Translations under genes and position numbers: made by a program
Shown: positions 9,591 to 19,228 of the stretch, piece by piece
How positions within the stretch are numbered: position 1 is the first letter of the stretch
Layout: every line of letters starts with the position of its first letter
NCBI GenBank assembly: GCA_902386555.1
Contig: CABMJJ010000009.1
Location: 495,384-559,383 of the forward strand
Direction: 5' to 3'
Source of the DNA: Candidatus Bilamarchaeum dharawalense
GTDB lineage: Archaea > Micrarchaeota > Micrarchaeia > Anstonellales > Bilamarchaeaceae
DNA: 64,000 nt
The notes under the pieces: model-generated
Databases searched by the model: none
What the model was told of the DNA's origin: nothing
Seen by the model: only the letters and a program-made list of their open reading frames with translations

Positions 9591-10268
9591 CTATTTTCCT
9601 TTTTTACCTTGGGTTGGTTTTTTAGTTTTTGGTTTTACCTTTTCATGCGATAGAATGCTCGGTGAGGATATTTTTGATGGTGGCACCACCGGAGTTCTCA
9701 AAGTCCAGGGCAATAGAAGGAGACAGGATATTAGATACCCCTCAACAATCAAGAATAGGGTATTTAGGGTTACACTAACCAACGACGCTGGTTTATAGTC
9801 AGGTATCCTGACCTTAATGCTATCCGTGCTTATCTCATCTGCTGATAATCTGCTACACTCAAAACTTGTTTGGGAAATATAATATTCACAGAAAGGAGCA
9901 TTATACATTTCACAAGGTGCAGGAAAAAACGGATCCACCATAATCATTACTCTTGAAGCAACATCACCGACACTGCCTTTCCATCGATCTGTCAGGTCTA
10001 CAATCCCCTCAAGTGATCTGTCCAGCCTTTTTTGGGTTTCTTCTTCTATTTGCACATTTCCCAAAATTATCATATCTCCAGTAACACTACAAAATTCACT
10101 ATTCTTCATCATTTCTATTGCTTTCATGTAATACCCAAAATCGCAGAAATATTGGTCTCCATCATACCCCATCTGATAGAATTCATTTAAGAGAAATAAA
10201 AATAACATGAGAAATATTGTTGGTAGTATGAATTTTTTCAATTCTGGTCTTAGAATCGTCCCTATCAT
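9591..10268 (-). CDS. hypothetical exported Cys-containing protein with N- and C-terminal TM helices
   Basis: The start is set at the ATG giving MIGTILRPELKKFILPTIFLMLF. The longer track ORF (to 10436) would overlap the divergent gene at 10321. Confidence 0.5.
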   Translation of the reverse strand: MIGTILRPELKKFILPTIFLMLFLFLLNEFYQMGYDGDQYFCDFGYYMKAIEMMKNSEFCSVTGDMIILGNVQIEEETQKRLDRSLEGIVDLTDRWKGSVGDVASRVMIMVDPFFPAPCEMYNAPFCEYYISQTSFECSRLSADEISTDSIKVRIPDYKPASLVSVTLNTLFLIVEGYLISCLLLLPWTLRTPVVPPSKISSPSILSHEKVKPKTKKPTQGKKGK

Positions 10269-10320
10269 TGTTTTTACCTCCCAGCATTGATTTAAATTTT
10301 TTCCCCTTCCATTCCTGTTT

Positions 10321-12525
10321 ATGAGGCTCTTCTTATTATTGACCGTTGCGGTCCTTTTGGTTGGATTTGGTTGTATTATCCCAGGTAGCTGTGGTGGGCA
10401 GGTCTGTGGAAGTGATTGGAAAACATATGGTGACAAGTGCCAGGCAGAAGCTGCTGGTATTGGTGTTCTTAAAGAAGGAGAATGCGGCCTAAAATGTACT
10501 GATAATCCAAGTGGCAGTGATCTTTATACTGCTGGTTTGGTAAACTACAAGGGTCTCTCCTACAGTGATTATTGTCAAGGCGACAAGGTTGTAAAATACA
10601 CCTGTCGTAATGGTGAGCTTCAGAGTGAAGTTAAAGATTGTACCAATGGTGTTTGTTCCAATGGTGCCTGTGTTGCTGCTCCCTGCAGTGATAGCGACAA
10701 TGGAAAAGACCAATATACTAAGGGTACCGCAACAAAAAGCACAAGTACCTCCACTGACTCCTGTTCTGGGTCAGACAAAGTCGTAGAATACTACTGTTCT
10801 GCTAATGGAATTTTATCTGAAACCATGACTTGTCCTTCTGGTTTTGCCTGTTCTGACGGTGCATGTACTGCATCCACCTGTACGGACAGCGAATCTGGCC
10901 ATGATGTTTGGGTTGCAGGAACAGTAAAAAAAGAAAATAAAAATTATGTTGATTTTTGTTCTAGCTCCGGACAGGTCACTGAATACTATTGTAGCAATGG
11001 CGTTGTTGTTTCAACCAATCTAAACTGTCCTTCTGGTTATGAGTGCAATTCTGGTTTATGTGTCAAAAAAGGCTGCTTTGATGATGATGCAGGTGCTAAT
11101 AGATACATAAAAGGAACCGTAACCAAAGGAGACCAGATATATACTGACTATTGTAGTGATTCAAGCACAGTAAAAGAATACTATTGCAGTCTTGATTCGG
11201 TTTACTGGAGCTATCTTGAATGTTCCTCCTATTCCTGTTCTGATGGCAGATGTCTAGATAGTGATGTTTGTGAAGATAGTGATGGTGGTCAAGATAAATA
11301 TGAACAAGGCACCACCACCAAAGGTAGTGATGAAGTTACTGATTATTGCAAAGACAGTGATACGGTAAGAGAATACTTCTGCAATGCAAATGATAATATT
11401 GATTACAACAACATGGACTGTCCTTCTGACTACGAGTGCGATAATGGGGAGTGCGTTTCAACCGGTTCTCCAACTTGTTCTGATTCAGATGGCGGAGCAG
11501 ACATATATATCAAAGGCCATCTTCAAACCGAATCTTCTGACTATTATGATTCCTGTGTGGACGCATCTAATCTTCTTGAATACTACTGCAGTGGTACTAG
11601 TCAAGCTCATAATAACTATGCCTGTCCAAGTGGATATGAATGCAGCGATGGCGCATGTATCCTATCCGGTGTTCCACCAAGTTGTACCGATTCAGACGGT
11701 GGAAATGATATCTATGTCAAGGGCCACCTTGTGACCGAGTCAACTGAAGTTTATGATTCTTGTGTTGATTCATCAACCATCTTAGAGTATTGGTGCACTG
11801 GTACCAGTGAAACACACAACACCTATTCCTGTGGTAGTGGTTATACCTGTGTTGATGGTGCATGCAAAGAAGAATGTTCTGATTCAGACGGTGGTTTAGC
11901 CTACACTACTCTTGGTACAGTTACCTATGGTAGCAGTAGTTATACGGATTCTTGTGCCAGCGGAACCGTGCTGAAGGAGCAGTACTGTAATGCAGGTGTT
12001 CCGGACAGTGTGTCCCATACTTGCACCGCACCCTACCCACTTTGTTCTGGTGGAAAATGCACCATGCTGGTGCTTCCAACTACCTGCAGCGATTCAGATG
12101 GTGGCCAGGATTATGGTACCTTCGGGACAGTTACGAGAACAATTGGTGGCATTCCAACTGAATATGACGATGTTTGTACCAGTTCAACTATGCTAAGAGA
12201 ATACTACTGTTCTGGGACAAGTGTCATGAACATCTCCCACAGCTGTGGCGTTTTGGGTTGCTCTAGCGGAAAATGTGGCATTATCGTTATACCTACAAGC
12301 TGCAGTGATTCAGATGGTGGCGATGCACCATTTACTGCAGGTACAGTCACCCGTACCTTTGGCGGTATCCCGTCCTATTTTGATGATAACTGCCTATCTG
12401 TGAATAGTGTGTTAGAGTACTATTGCAGTGGATCATCGGTGTTGAACGCTACACACACCTGTCTTATGGGATGTTCTTCGGATAGATGCAATCCAATAAT
12501 AATCCCACCCGGCCCATTTCCATAG
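10321..12525 (+). CDS. large cysteine-rich repeat lipoprotein with an N-terminal Kazal-like segment
   Basis: A signal peptide ends in the lipobox-like LLVGFGC. It is followed by CGSDWKTYGDKCQAEAAGIGVLKEGEC (Kazal-like spacing) and then ten ~65-68 aa modules. Confidence 0.8.
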   Translation: MRLFLLLTVAVLLVGFGCIIPGSCGGQVCGSDWKTYGDKCQAEAAGIGVLKEGECGLKCTDNPSGSDLYTAGLVNYKGLSYSDYCQGDKVVKYTCRNGELQSEVKDCTNGVCSNGACVAAPCSDSDNGKDQYTKGTATKSTSTSTDSCSGSDKVVEYYCSANGILSETMTCPSGFACSDGACTASTCTDSESGHDVWVAGTVKKENKNYVDFCSSSGQVTEYYCSNGVVVSTNLNCPSGYECNSGLCVKKGCFDDDAGANRYIKGTVTKGDQIYTDYCSDSSTVKEYYCSLDSVYWSYLECSSYSCSDGRCLDSDVCEDSDGGQDKYEQGTTTKGSDEVTDYCKDSDTVREYFCNANDNIDYNNMDCPSDYECDNGECVSTGSPTCSDSDGGADIYIKGHLQTESSDYYDSCVDASNLLEYYCSGTSQAHNNYACPSGYECSDGACILSGVPPSCTDSDGGNDIYVKGHLVTESTEVYDSCVDSSTILEYWCTGTSETHNTYSCGSGYTCVDGACKEECSDSDGGLAYTTLGTVTYGSSSYTDSCASGTVLKEQYCNAGVPDSVSHTCTAPYPLCSGGKCTMLVLPTTCSDSDGGQDYGTFGTVTRTIGGIPTEYDDVCTSSTMLREYYCSGTSVMNISHSCGVLGCSSGKCGIIVIPTSCSDSDGGDAPFTAGTVTRTFGGIPSYFDDNCLSVNSVLEYYCSGSSVLNATHTCLMGCSSDRCNPIIIPPGPFP
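10489..12522 (+). repeat. ten tandem ~65-68-codon modules, six Cys each (C[ST]DSDGG...D.C...EYYC...C..G..C..G.C)
   Basis: The modules were read directly from the translation. They are divergent at the DNA level, and the last two modules are the most similar pair. Confidence 0.8.
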
Positions 12526-12558
12526 CTCTTTTTATCTTCTTTCTTCCATTTTTCTATT

Positions 12559-13110
12559 ATGTCTCTACGTGAAAGTATCACTCAAATTGGAAACAAACTA
12601 AGTTCTAAAGAAGAGCAACTGGATAAGGTTCTTGTTCAAAGCAGGCAAATCATTCGTGCATGTTCCAATGCCATCAAAGCAATGCACTCCCATGAAATAC
12701 CTCAGGCAAAGGAGTATCTTAAGCAAGCTGAGGTTGAGCTTGACAAGATCCTTACCTACAGTAACAATTACCCTACTCATCTGAATCATATTCTCCAGGA
12801 GTATACCGAAGCAAGGGTGGTGCTAGCGGTCATCGAATCTAAAAAAATACCTGGGCATGACGAGCTTAAGATCCCAGAACTTCCCTATCTTCTTGGTCTT
12901 TTGGATGCCATTGGCGAGCTGAAAAGAGAGATGTACGAATGCCTTCGTCATGGTGACAAAAAAGAAGCTGAAGTCTATTTTGCGCTTATGGAAGAGATCT
13001 ACAATGAGCTTCTAACCCTTCGTTTTTCCAATGCCATATTACCAGAATTCAGGCACAAACAGGATTCTGCAAGGCACCAAATTGAACAGGCCAGAGGAGA
13101 ACTAATTTAA
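12559..13110 (+). CDS. translin-family protein (COG2178-like)
   Basis: 183-aa helical protein. Segments ILQEYTEARVV and LLGLLDAIGELKREMYECLR resemble archaeal translin-like proteins. Confidence 0.45.
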   Translation: MSLRESITQIGNKLSSKEEQLDKVLVQSRQIIRACSNAIKAMHSHEIPQAKEYLKQAEVELDKILTYSNNYPTHLNHILQEYTEARVVLAVIESKKIPGHDELKIPELPYLLGLLDAIGELKREMYECLRHGDKKEAEVYFALMEEIYNELLTLRFSNAILPEFRHKQDSARHQIEQARGELI

Positions 13111-13171
13111 TTGTGGTTATTTATATTAAAAAGAGTTAGATTTAAATAAACATCAATACAACTTAGATTAC

Positions 13172-14056
13172 ATGTCGCAGGATCCAGCGCAAATGTATCT
13201 TCATTCTCTTAGCATGGGCACTGACATGATTCAGAACATGCTGAGTACTGTTGCTGCTAAATTAGGTAAAGTTTTTCTTGCAGTTGATGGAGGATCAGGA
13301 CCAGGTAGCTACCTTCCCCATCTATTAACATTATTAGCTCCAGGCGGTAAACTTATCTCTCTAGATCCGTCTCAAGAAATGCTGGACGCAGTTGCCAATC
13401 GATTTAACCCAGCCAAACTAAAACAAGTTCAATTAGTCCAAGCAAAAATAGAAGAGATGCATCACTTTGCCAAAGATGCAGATATAGTTCTCTGTGCCTC
13501 TTCTCTTCAGTTTACTGATGTTTCGCTGGCTGTCGATGCTGTCTATGAAACTCTTGCTGATCACGGTGTCTTCCTTTTTAGCATGCCCATGGGACTTGCA
13601 GGTGCATTACAAGAAAGTCCTCAGGGAGTGTATCAAAGATTCCAGGAACTCTTTCATGCTAATTTAAGGGCTGCAGTGGCAAAGGAAGCAGCATCATTTC
13701 CTCAAGAAGATGTTGCTAGACCACGAAAAGATCGTAATCTCCTGCAATTTCTCAATCCCTGTTTGGACCGGGGATTTGAAGTAATTGGTTCTCCTTCTGA
13801 TCCACTTGTTTTCAAAGCACTCCAAACCGTTCCTGCTTCAAAACTTGCAACCCATCTCTCCGTTCCATGGAGAGCGGAAAGATTTGTTCCTGGGCTTGAA
13901 CACAGAATTCAGGAGCTATGTATACGCAGGGCTATTGAAAAAACAATTACTGAAATGAAATTAGATAAACATTTCCCATTCCCAAGAACTGTCAGTTATG
14001 TTGCACTTAAAAAATCACTTGCAGGAGCTAGACCCTCAGAGGCAGTTCGGCATTAA
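13172..14056 (+). CDS. class I SAM-dependent methyltransferase-like protein
   Basis: Motif I-like VFLAVDGGSGPGSYL and post-I KLISLDPSQEML. Confidence 0.55.
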   Translation: MSQDPAQMYLHSLSMGTDMIQNMLSTVAAKLGKVFLAVDGGSGPGSYLPHLLTLLAPGGKLISLDPSQEMLDAVANRFNPAKLKQVQLVQAKIEEMHHFAKDADIVLCASSLQFTDVSLAVDAVYETLADHGVFLFSMPMGLAGALQESPQGVYQRFQELFHANLRAAVAKEAASFPQEDVARPRKDRNLLQFLNPCLDRGFEVIGSPSDPLVFKALQTVPASKLATHLSVPWRAERFVPGLEHRIQELCIRRAIEKTITEMKLDKHFPFPRTVSYVALKKSLAGARPSEAVRH

Positions 14057-14921
14057 ATTGTTCTGGTACCTCTAAAAATGGAAAATGGCCCGCATTTTTC
14101 ATGACTTTTATTCTAAGTTCGGTATGTCCATCTAATGCAGCCATTACAATTCTTGCTGATGCTTCTGCATCCACAAACAAATCGTGCCTCCCTCCTACAA
14201 AAAGTACTTTCGGAGGGATCCAAATATCCCTTGTTAGTAGTTTTTGTTTGAGTTCAGGCCCTTCAGTACACATTGCATACAATTCCATGAGAGTAGATAC
14301 TCTATCATTCGTTTTTGCTTCCCTCAAGAAGTTAGCAAAAACTTCATTTATTCTTTTATCTGCACCGGTGTACATGAATAAAAGCGGAGATGCAATCTGG
14401 AACAATCCAAGTGTTGTTCTAATGCGCCTATGCGATCTTTCTTCGTTACATTCCCCTGGAGCTCCATTGTCCTCTATGGATCGTATCACCCTGGCAATCC
14501 TCCATCTTGTAAATGCAGAAGCTGCATCCAATACCAAATTTCCTCTCGGTAACATCTCTTTTGGATCCGAAAGAACCGGAGTAACCAGAGTTAGACTGGC
14601 GGGTCTGATATCTTCGTATCCTGGTTCTTTGACTAGATTAAGATATGCAATGGCAGTTAGTCCACCCATACTATGTACAACTAAATGAGGATTATGTATA
14701 CCATATTCTTGTAATTTTTTTGCCAGTTCGCTTGCTAATTTTCTAAAATGATTAGGACAAGCATGGCCTTTTGTTTCAAAATTAAATCTCTCATACCCAA
14801 TTTCGCTAAGAGGATCTAAACGTCCCCAATATTTCATTTTGCAAGTCCACCCATTAACTGTTACAATCGTTCCTCTTACTGGTGTTTTACTAGTGGTAAG
14901 ACCTACGCCATCTATTAACAT
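14028..14921 (-). CDS. alpha/beta hydrolase
   Basis: Nucleophile elbow VVHSMGG and a C-terminal NAGHFPF histidine motif. It overlaps the convergent gene at 13172..14056 by 29 nt. Confidence 0.6.
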   Translation of the reverse strand: MLIDGVGLTTSKTPVRGTIVTVNGWTCKMKYWGRLDPLSEIGYERFNFETKGHACPNHFRKLASELAKKLQEYGIHNPHLVVHSMGGLTAIAYLNLVKEPGYEDIRPASLTLVTPVLSDPKEMLPRGNLVLDAASAFTRWRIARVIRSIEDNGAPGECNEERSHRRIRTTLGLFQIASPLLFMYTGADKRINEVFANFLREAKTNDRVSTLMELYAMCTEGPELKQKLLTRDIWIPPKVLFVGGRHDLFVDAEASARIVMAALDGHTELRIKVMKNAGHFPFLEVPEQFNAELPLRV

Positions 14922-14947
14922 GTTACAATTTGAGTAAGCTTGAGTAT

Positions 14948-16276
14948 TTAAATGTTATTTTTTATTAACCTAACCAGTTCTTTTTTCCGTTGTTCTAGTC
15001 TTTCATCCGATTTATACTCCATTGTTAATCTGATTATTGGTTCTGTACCAGATGCGCGAACTAAAAACCAACCATCTTCTTCATCGACTCTGATCCCATC
15101 ATCATCCCTTATTCTTCCTGGTATATTCATCTCCTGTTTTATTTTTTCCATTGATTTTCGTTTGTCCGGTGCTTTGAATTTTTCTCTTGCAATTGGGTTT
15201 TGTTGATATTTTTTCTTTAATTCAGAAAATTTACTGCCCCCAACAAACATCTCTACAAATTTAGCCGCAGCAAGAACGGCATCTGGAACATGAACTCCTT
15301 TTTGGTAGATATATTCTCCGCATGGTTCTCCACCAAATAGGGCACCTGTTTCTTCCAGTGCATCTCCCACATGGGTACTTCCCACTGGGGTGATTTCTAT
15401 CTTTCCGCCTGCCCTCTCAACAACTTCCCGTATAACTAAAGAAGCTTCCACAGTTGAAATTATCTTCTTGTTGTTGCTTTTTCCAAGTTCATGTTCAATC
15501 ATCATTGCCAGTTGAACATCTAAGGGTAGGACTTCCCCCTGATCATCCATTATCACACAACGATCTCCATCTCCGTCATGGGCAATGGCAAAGTCTGCAC
15601 CACATTCCCTTACCACTCCTGCTAAATAGGAAATATTTTCTTTGGAAGGTTCTGATGGTCGATTAAATCCATTTGTTGAAGCATTTACACTTATGACATT
15701 ACATCCCAGGTCAGTAAGCAGATAGGGGGTTATCACCGCAGCGGCACCATTACAGTCGACTATCACTTTCGGTTTTTTTCTATTAATTCCACTACCATCT
15801 ACCTGTTCCTTAACATGAATTTTATGATCTTCAATTATGCTTGAATCAATGGTCAATTTTGGAAAAGGTTCCTGCTTTATTATGTCAGCAATTATCGCCC
15901 CACCGTCACTTACCCATCGTTCATACTCCTTTGTCACTTCCTGTTCCATTACCTTTCCGATTTCTTTTCCATGCTCGATTAATTTCAATCCATTATATTC
16001 AGGGGGATTGTGTGAAGCTGTTAACATTATACCTCTACAACCATGCTTTTTAGTTGCCAAGGCCACGGTTGGGGTTGGAACTATCCCCAGGTCAATAACG
16101 TCTGCCCGTGAAGAAAAAGCACCCTTGGTAGCTGCCTTGAATAATGGCATTCCGCTTTCTCTGATGTCGCGGCCAAGAACCAGTTTTCCGTCTGCAAATA
16201 CCCCTGCTATGCCTGAGGCTAGCTCTTCGGTTATATCCTTACCATAAATGCCCCTGATTCCAGAAGTACCAAACAT
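14948..16276 (-). CDS. phosphohexomutase (phosphoglucosamine/phosphomannomutase family)
   Basis: MFGTSGIRG N-terminus, the active-site loop TASHNPPEYNG and the metal loop HDGDGDR. Confidence 0.85.
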   Translation of the reverse strand: MFGTSGIRGIYGKDITEELASGIAGVFADGKLVLGRDIRESGMPLFKAATKGAFSSRADVIDLGIVPTPTVALATKKHGCRGIMLTASHNPPEYNGLKLIEHGKEIGKVMEQEVTKEYERWVSDGGAIIADIIKQEPFPKLTIDSSIIEDHKIHVKEQVDGSGINRKKPKVIVDCNGAAAVITPYLLTDLGCNVISVNASTNGFNRPSEPSKENISYLAGVVRECGADFAIAHDGDGDRCVIMDDQGEVLPLDVQLAMMIEHELGKSNNKKIISTVEASLVIREVVERAGGKIEITPVGSTHVGDALEETGALFGGEPCGEYIYQKGVHVPDAVLAAAKFVEMFVGGSKFSELKKKYQQNPIAREKFKAPDKRKSMEKIKQEMNIPGRIRDDDGIRVDEEDGWFLVRASGTEPIIRLTMEYKSDERLEQRKKELVRLIKNNI

Positions 16277-16332
16277 ACCAAAGGATACTGTCTTCGAAAC
16301 GTATTTATTTCTATAGATGGCAAGTCTATCAG

Positions 16333-17712
16333 GTGGTTTCTTTGTCCGCTATAGATGACGTGATGAAATATATCGCTACCAATGAAATAAGATGGATTGA
16401 TCTTCAATTTTTTGATATTAAAGGTGCAATGCACAGAGTTAGCATTTCTAATCGAAAACTCGAGGAAGCTAGTTTTGGAAGCGGAGTTTCTGCTGCCGAT
16501 CTGATCGAAGTTTATGGTTCAAGCGATCAGGGTGATCTGGTGCTTCTTCCTGATCCTGATACTCTAGCTAGACTCCCCTGGGAACCAGCCACAGTCCGAC
16601 TTATCTGCGATGTTCTTATTGCTGTTAAAAAAGAAAGATTCCTCAAAGATCCTCGTTATGTTGCTGAGAGAATGGAAACCAATCTTACTGCTGCAGGCAT
16701 TAAAACATGTCTGGTTGGAAGCGAAGTTGATTGTTATCTCTTTGACACAACAACAGCAGATAAAATAGGAAGCGGCCGAGGTTCGTCTGTTTTAATGGAT
16801 TCCAGAGAAGCAAAATGGGGGCCATCTGCAATTTCCAATGAAAAAACAGGAGCCTATGTTGCCACGCCCTATGATTCCATGTATTCTGCTAGAACTCAAA
16901 TTTCCGAAACCCTTGAAGATAGTTTTGGTGTTCTTGTCGATTCTCATAAACATGGCAAGTCTCCAACAGCACAACAAACGTTCGAGCTTGGTGCTAGAAG
17001 TTTGAAGTCTGCTGGTGATGCAGTTAACACACTCAAATTTATTACAAAAAATCTAGCTACTGCCGTAAATGCATCTGCTACCTTCATGCCCTACCCAGTT
17101 GAAGGAGAAAAGGGAAACACATTTTCCATTGCCATGAGTATGTGGAAAAGCAACGAACAGAACATACTCTATGATGGCAAAGAGAGCTATGGTCAATTAA
17201 GTCAGGCTGGTAGATATTTCGTTGGTGGTTTGCTTGAACATGCCCAGACTCTTTCGCTTTTCACTGCTCCAATTCCAAATTCCTACAGAAAACTGGCCAT
17301 GGACAATCTTACCTTTGGTTGGAGCGCATCTGATCCAAAAGCATTGATATATGTTCCCTCAGCCAAGAGAAATATCAAAGAAAGTAAGAGGGTGGTTTAC
17401 CGAGCTTGTGATCCATCTGCCAATCCTTATCTGGCACAATCTCTTATTGCGGCTGCTGGTTTGGATGGTATCAAGAAGAAAATCGAACCAGGAGACCCAA
17501 CCGAGACTGATACTAAAAAGAAGCGTGTGGAAAAAGAGCTCCCCAGCAGTCTTTACGAGGCTATTAAATCTCTTGAAACTGATACTGCATTCATCAAAGG
17601 TCTTGTTCCAAGCGAACTACTTGGGGATTATCTTGATCTCAAGCTAAAACAACACCTTGATTCGCTCAAAGGAATAACTGGTCTGGAGTTAAGAAAATAC
17701 TTCAACGTCTAG
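16333..17712 (+). CDS. glutamine synthetase-like protein with degenerate catalytic signatures
   Basis: Clear GS architecture, with an N-terminal IRWIDLQFFDIKGAMHRVSI and a C-terminal RVVYRACDPSANPYLA. The NGSGMH-type segment, however, reads KGNTFSIAMS. Confidence 0.7.
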   Translation: MVSLSAIDDVMKYIATNEIRWIDLQFFDIKGAMHRVSISNRKLEEASFGSGVSAADLIEVYGSSDQGDLVLLPDPDTLARLPWEPATVRLICDVLIAVKKERFLKDPRYVAERMETNLTAAGIKTCLVGSEVDCYLFDTTTADKIGSGRGSSVLMDSREAKWGPSAISNEKTGAYVATPYDSMYSARTQISETLEDSFGVLVDSHKHGKSPTAQQTFELGARSLKSAGDAVNTLKFITKNLATAVNASATFMPYPVEGEKGNTFSIAMSMWKSNEQNILYDGKESYGQLSQAGRYFVGGLLEHAQTLSLFTAPIPNSYRKLAMDNLTFGWSASDPKALIYVPSAKRNIKESKRVVYRACDPSANPYLAQSLIAAAGLDGIKKKIEPGDPTETDTKKKRVEKELPSSLYEAIKSLETDTAFIKGLVPSELLGDYLDLKLKQHLDSLKGITGLELRKYFNV

Positions 17713-17760
17713 TTTTTTTCTATTTTTTCTTATCTTATTTCCAATTAAAGAAGGAAATAA
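17713..17760 (+). terminator. oligo-T tracts plus an 8-bp hairpin downstream of the GS-like gene
   Basis: T7 and T6 runs follow directly after the stop codon. The TTATTTCC (17735..17742) / GGAAATAA (17753..17760) pair forms the inverted repeat. Confidence 0.4.
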
Positions 17761-17790
17761 AAACATAACCTCGAGTAATAGTTTTCCAAC

Positions 17791-17911
17791 GGGCTCGTAG
17801 TCGAGTTCCGCCTTTTAGCAAAAGGCGGCCCAAAACTGTTTGGTTAACGACAATGGTTAAGACGTTCGCCTTACACGCGAAAGATCCCCAGTTCAATTCT
17901 GGGCGGGCCCA
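17791..17911 (+). tRNA. tRNA-Val (anticodon UAC) with a ~47-nt intron in the D-loop
   Basis: The cloverleaf was built by hand. Acceptor GGGCTCG pairs with CGGGCCC. The anticodon arm is TTCGC-CTTACAC-GCGAA and the T-arm is CCCAG-TTCAATT-CTGGG. About 47 extra nt (~17808..17854) sit between GTCGAGTT and GGTTAAGAC. CCA is not encoded. Confidence 0.8.
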
Positions 17912-18064
17912 TTTATCTTTCTACTTATTTTCCTTATTTTCTGTGATTTTTTATAAATAATCCAACTTAGAACGCGTATTTTATCACTAATATATTGTGT
18001 TAAATTGTATAAAGTAAAGGTTTTTAAGCTAATGGCATCAAATCTTTTTTGGTGGGTGTAATCT

Positions 18065-19228
18065 ATGGATTTACTTCATCTTCCAGGAGATATTAAAGGT
18101 TTAGATAGTCAGGCACAGTCGCTTGTTACTTGGAGCCCAGTTCCTTTGGGTAGTATATTACGTACACATTCCTATTCCTACTCTGCATGGGGTATCAGGG
18201 TTACACCTGAAAATCTTGAGTGGCTTTATCAAGCCTCTAAGCATGCCTACCAGATCGAATATGCAGATTCAACTGTTGCTGTTGAGACTCATGCATTAAT
18301 TGCCGAAGCCTGTCGAAGAGCAAATATGTTGGATGCCAATGCATTGATGAACGAAGTTGGTGCCAGACACGCAGTTGATTTTATAGAATCGTCACCGGGT
18401 GCTGTAAAAAAAGTAATTGATATTGGCGCTGGTGTTGGTGGAACTAGCGTTGCATTCATCAAAGAAGCAATTGGCCGAGGAGTTGTTCTTGAATTGGAAC
18501 TTGTTCTTCTTGAACCATCGGAAATCCGATTGGAAACTGCAGTTGCTGAGGTTAAAAGGGTCATTGCAGGCACCCCAATGGAAAGCACCCTCAAAATCAC
18601 TCCAGTGGTTGGTACTGTGCATGAGCTTGCCAATTTTGTTCCTGAATCAGCTGATCTAATCATATCCACTGCTGCGATACACCACGAATCTTTCAATTTA
18701 CATTTTAATGATATTCTTAGGGTACTAAAACCCGGTGCCCCGTTCATTAGCGGAGACTGGCACGATGATGTTTACGAGAATCCGGCAAGAACCTATTGGA
18801 CCTATTATGTTCTTCAGGATACCCAGGATGAAAAAACTGCTAGGGCTGTTTATGAATTTGTCGTAAATAAATCTATTCCAGCTGTTCTACATGAAAGAGC
18901 AGAGTTAAAACAGTTCAGACAGCTTTTCGGTGTTTCTGTTGAAGATCTCTATCATGCCTTTGATGGTCTTGATCCAAGCGAACGAGCAGCATCCATGGGT
19001 GCTGTAAAGTATTGGTTCGAGATGGGAAGACAACTTTCAAGTGCCGGTAAAAAGTCTCCGGAATGGTTACTACAGTGCCACGAAAGGGTTGTTAAACGAC
19101 TGGAAGCCATGCACAATGCTGGTTTTGTTTTTGGGGATGAGGACAGGCACAAATATCGTGAGCACTTAAAAGACCGAGGCTATGGTGAATTAACCGCCAC
19201 CATGGTCGGTCGAAAGCGTTTGCGCTGA
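18065..19228 (+). CDS. class I SAM-dependent methyltransferase-like orphan protein
   Basis: Motif I VIDIGAGVGGTS sits mid-protein, and both the N- and C-terminal regions are long and unrecognised. A GGTGG Shine-Dalgarno sequence lies upstream. Confidence 0.55.
   Translation: MDLLHLPGDIKGLDSQAQSLVTWSPVPLGSILRTHSYSYSAWGIRVTPENLEWLYQASKHAYQIEYADSTVAVETHALIAEACRRANMLDANALMNEVGARHAVDFIESSPGAVKKVIDIGAGVGGTSVAFIKEAIGRGVVLELELVLLEPSEIRLETAVAEVKRVIAGTPMESTLKITPVVGTVHELANFVPESADLIISTAAIHHESFNLHFNDILRVLKPGAPFISGDWHDDVYENPARTYWTYYVLQDTQDEKTARAVYEFVVNKSIPAVLHERAELKQFRQLFGVSVEDLYHAFDGLDPSERAASMGAVKYWFEMGRQLSSAGKKSPEWLLQCHERVVKRLEAMHNAGFVFGDEDRHKYREHLKDRGYGELTATMVGRKRLR

Noticed and set aside
10269-10436. 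5' extension of minus-strand ORF 9591..10436
   Set aside because: The extension is polar and low in complexity, and it overlaps the divergent Cys-rich lipoprotein gene. The internal ATG at 10268 precedes a clean TM/signal segment.
10489-12522. Cys-rich repeat array as a diversity-generating retroelement target or hypervariable cassette
   Set aside because: No reverse transcriptase is present, and there is no template/variable repeat pair with adenine-specific differences. The modules are anciently diverged at the DNA level.
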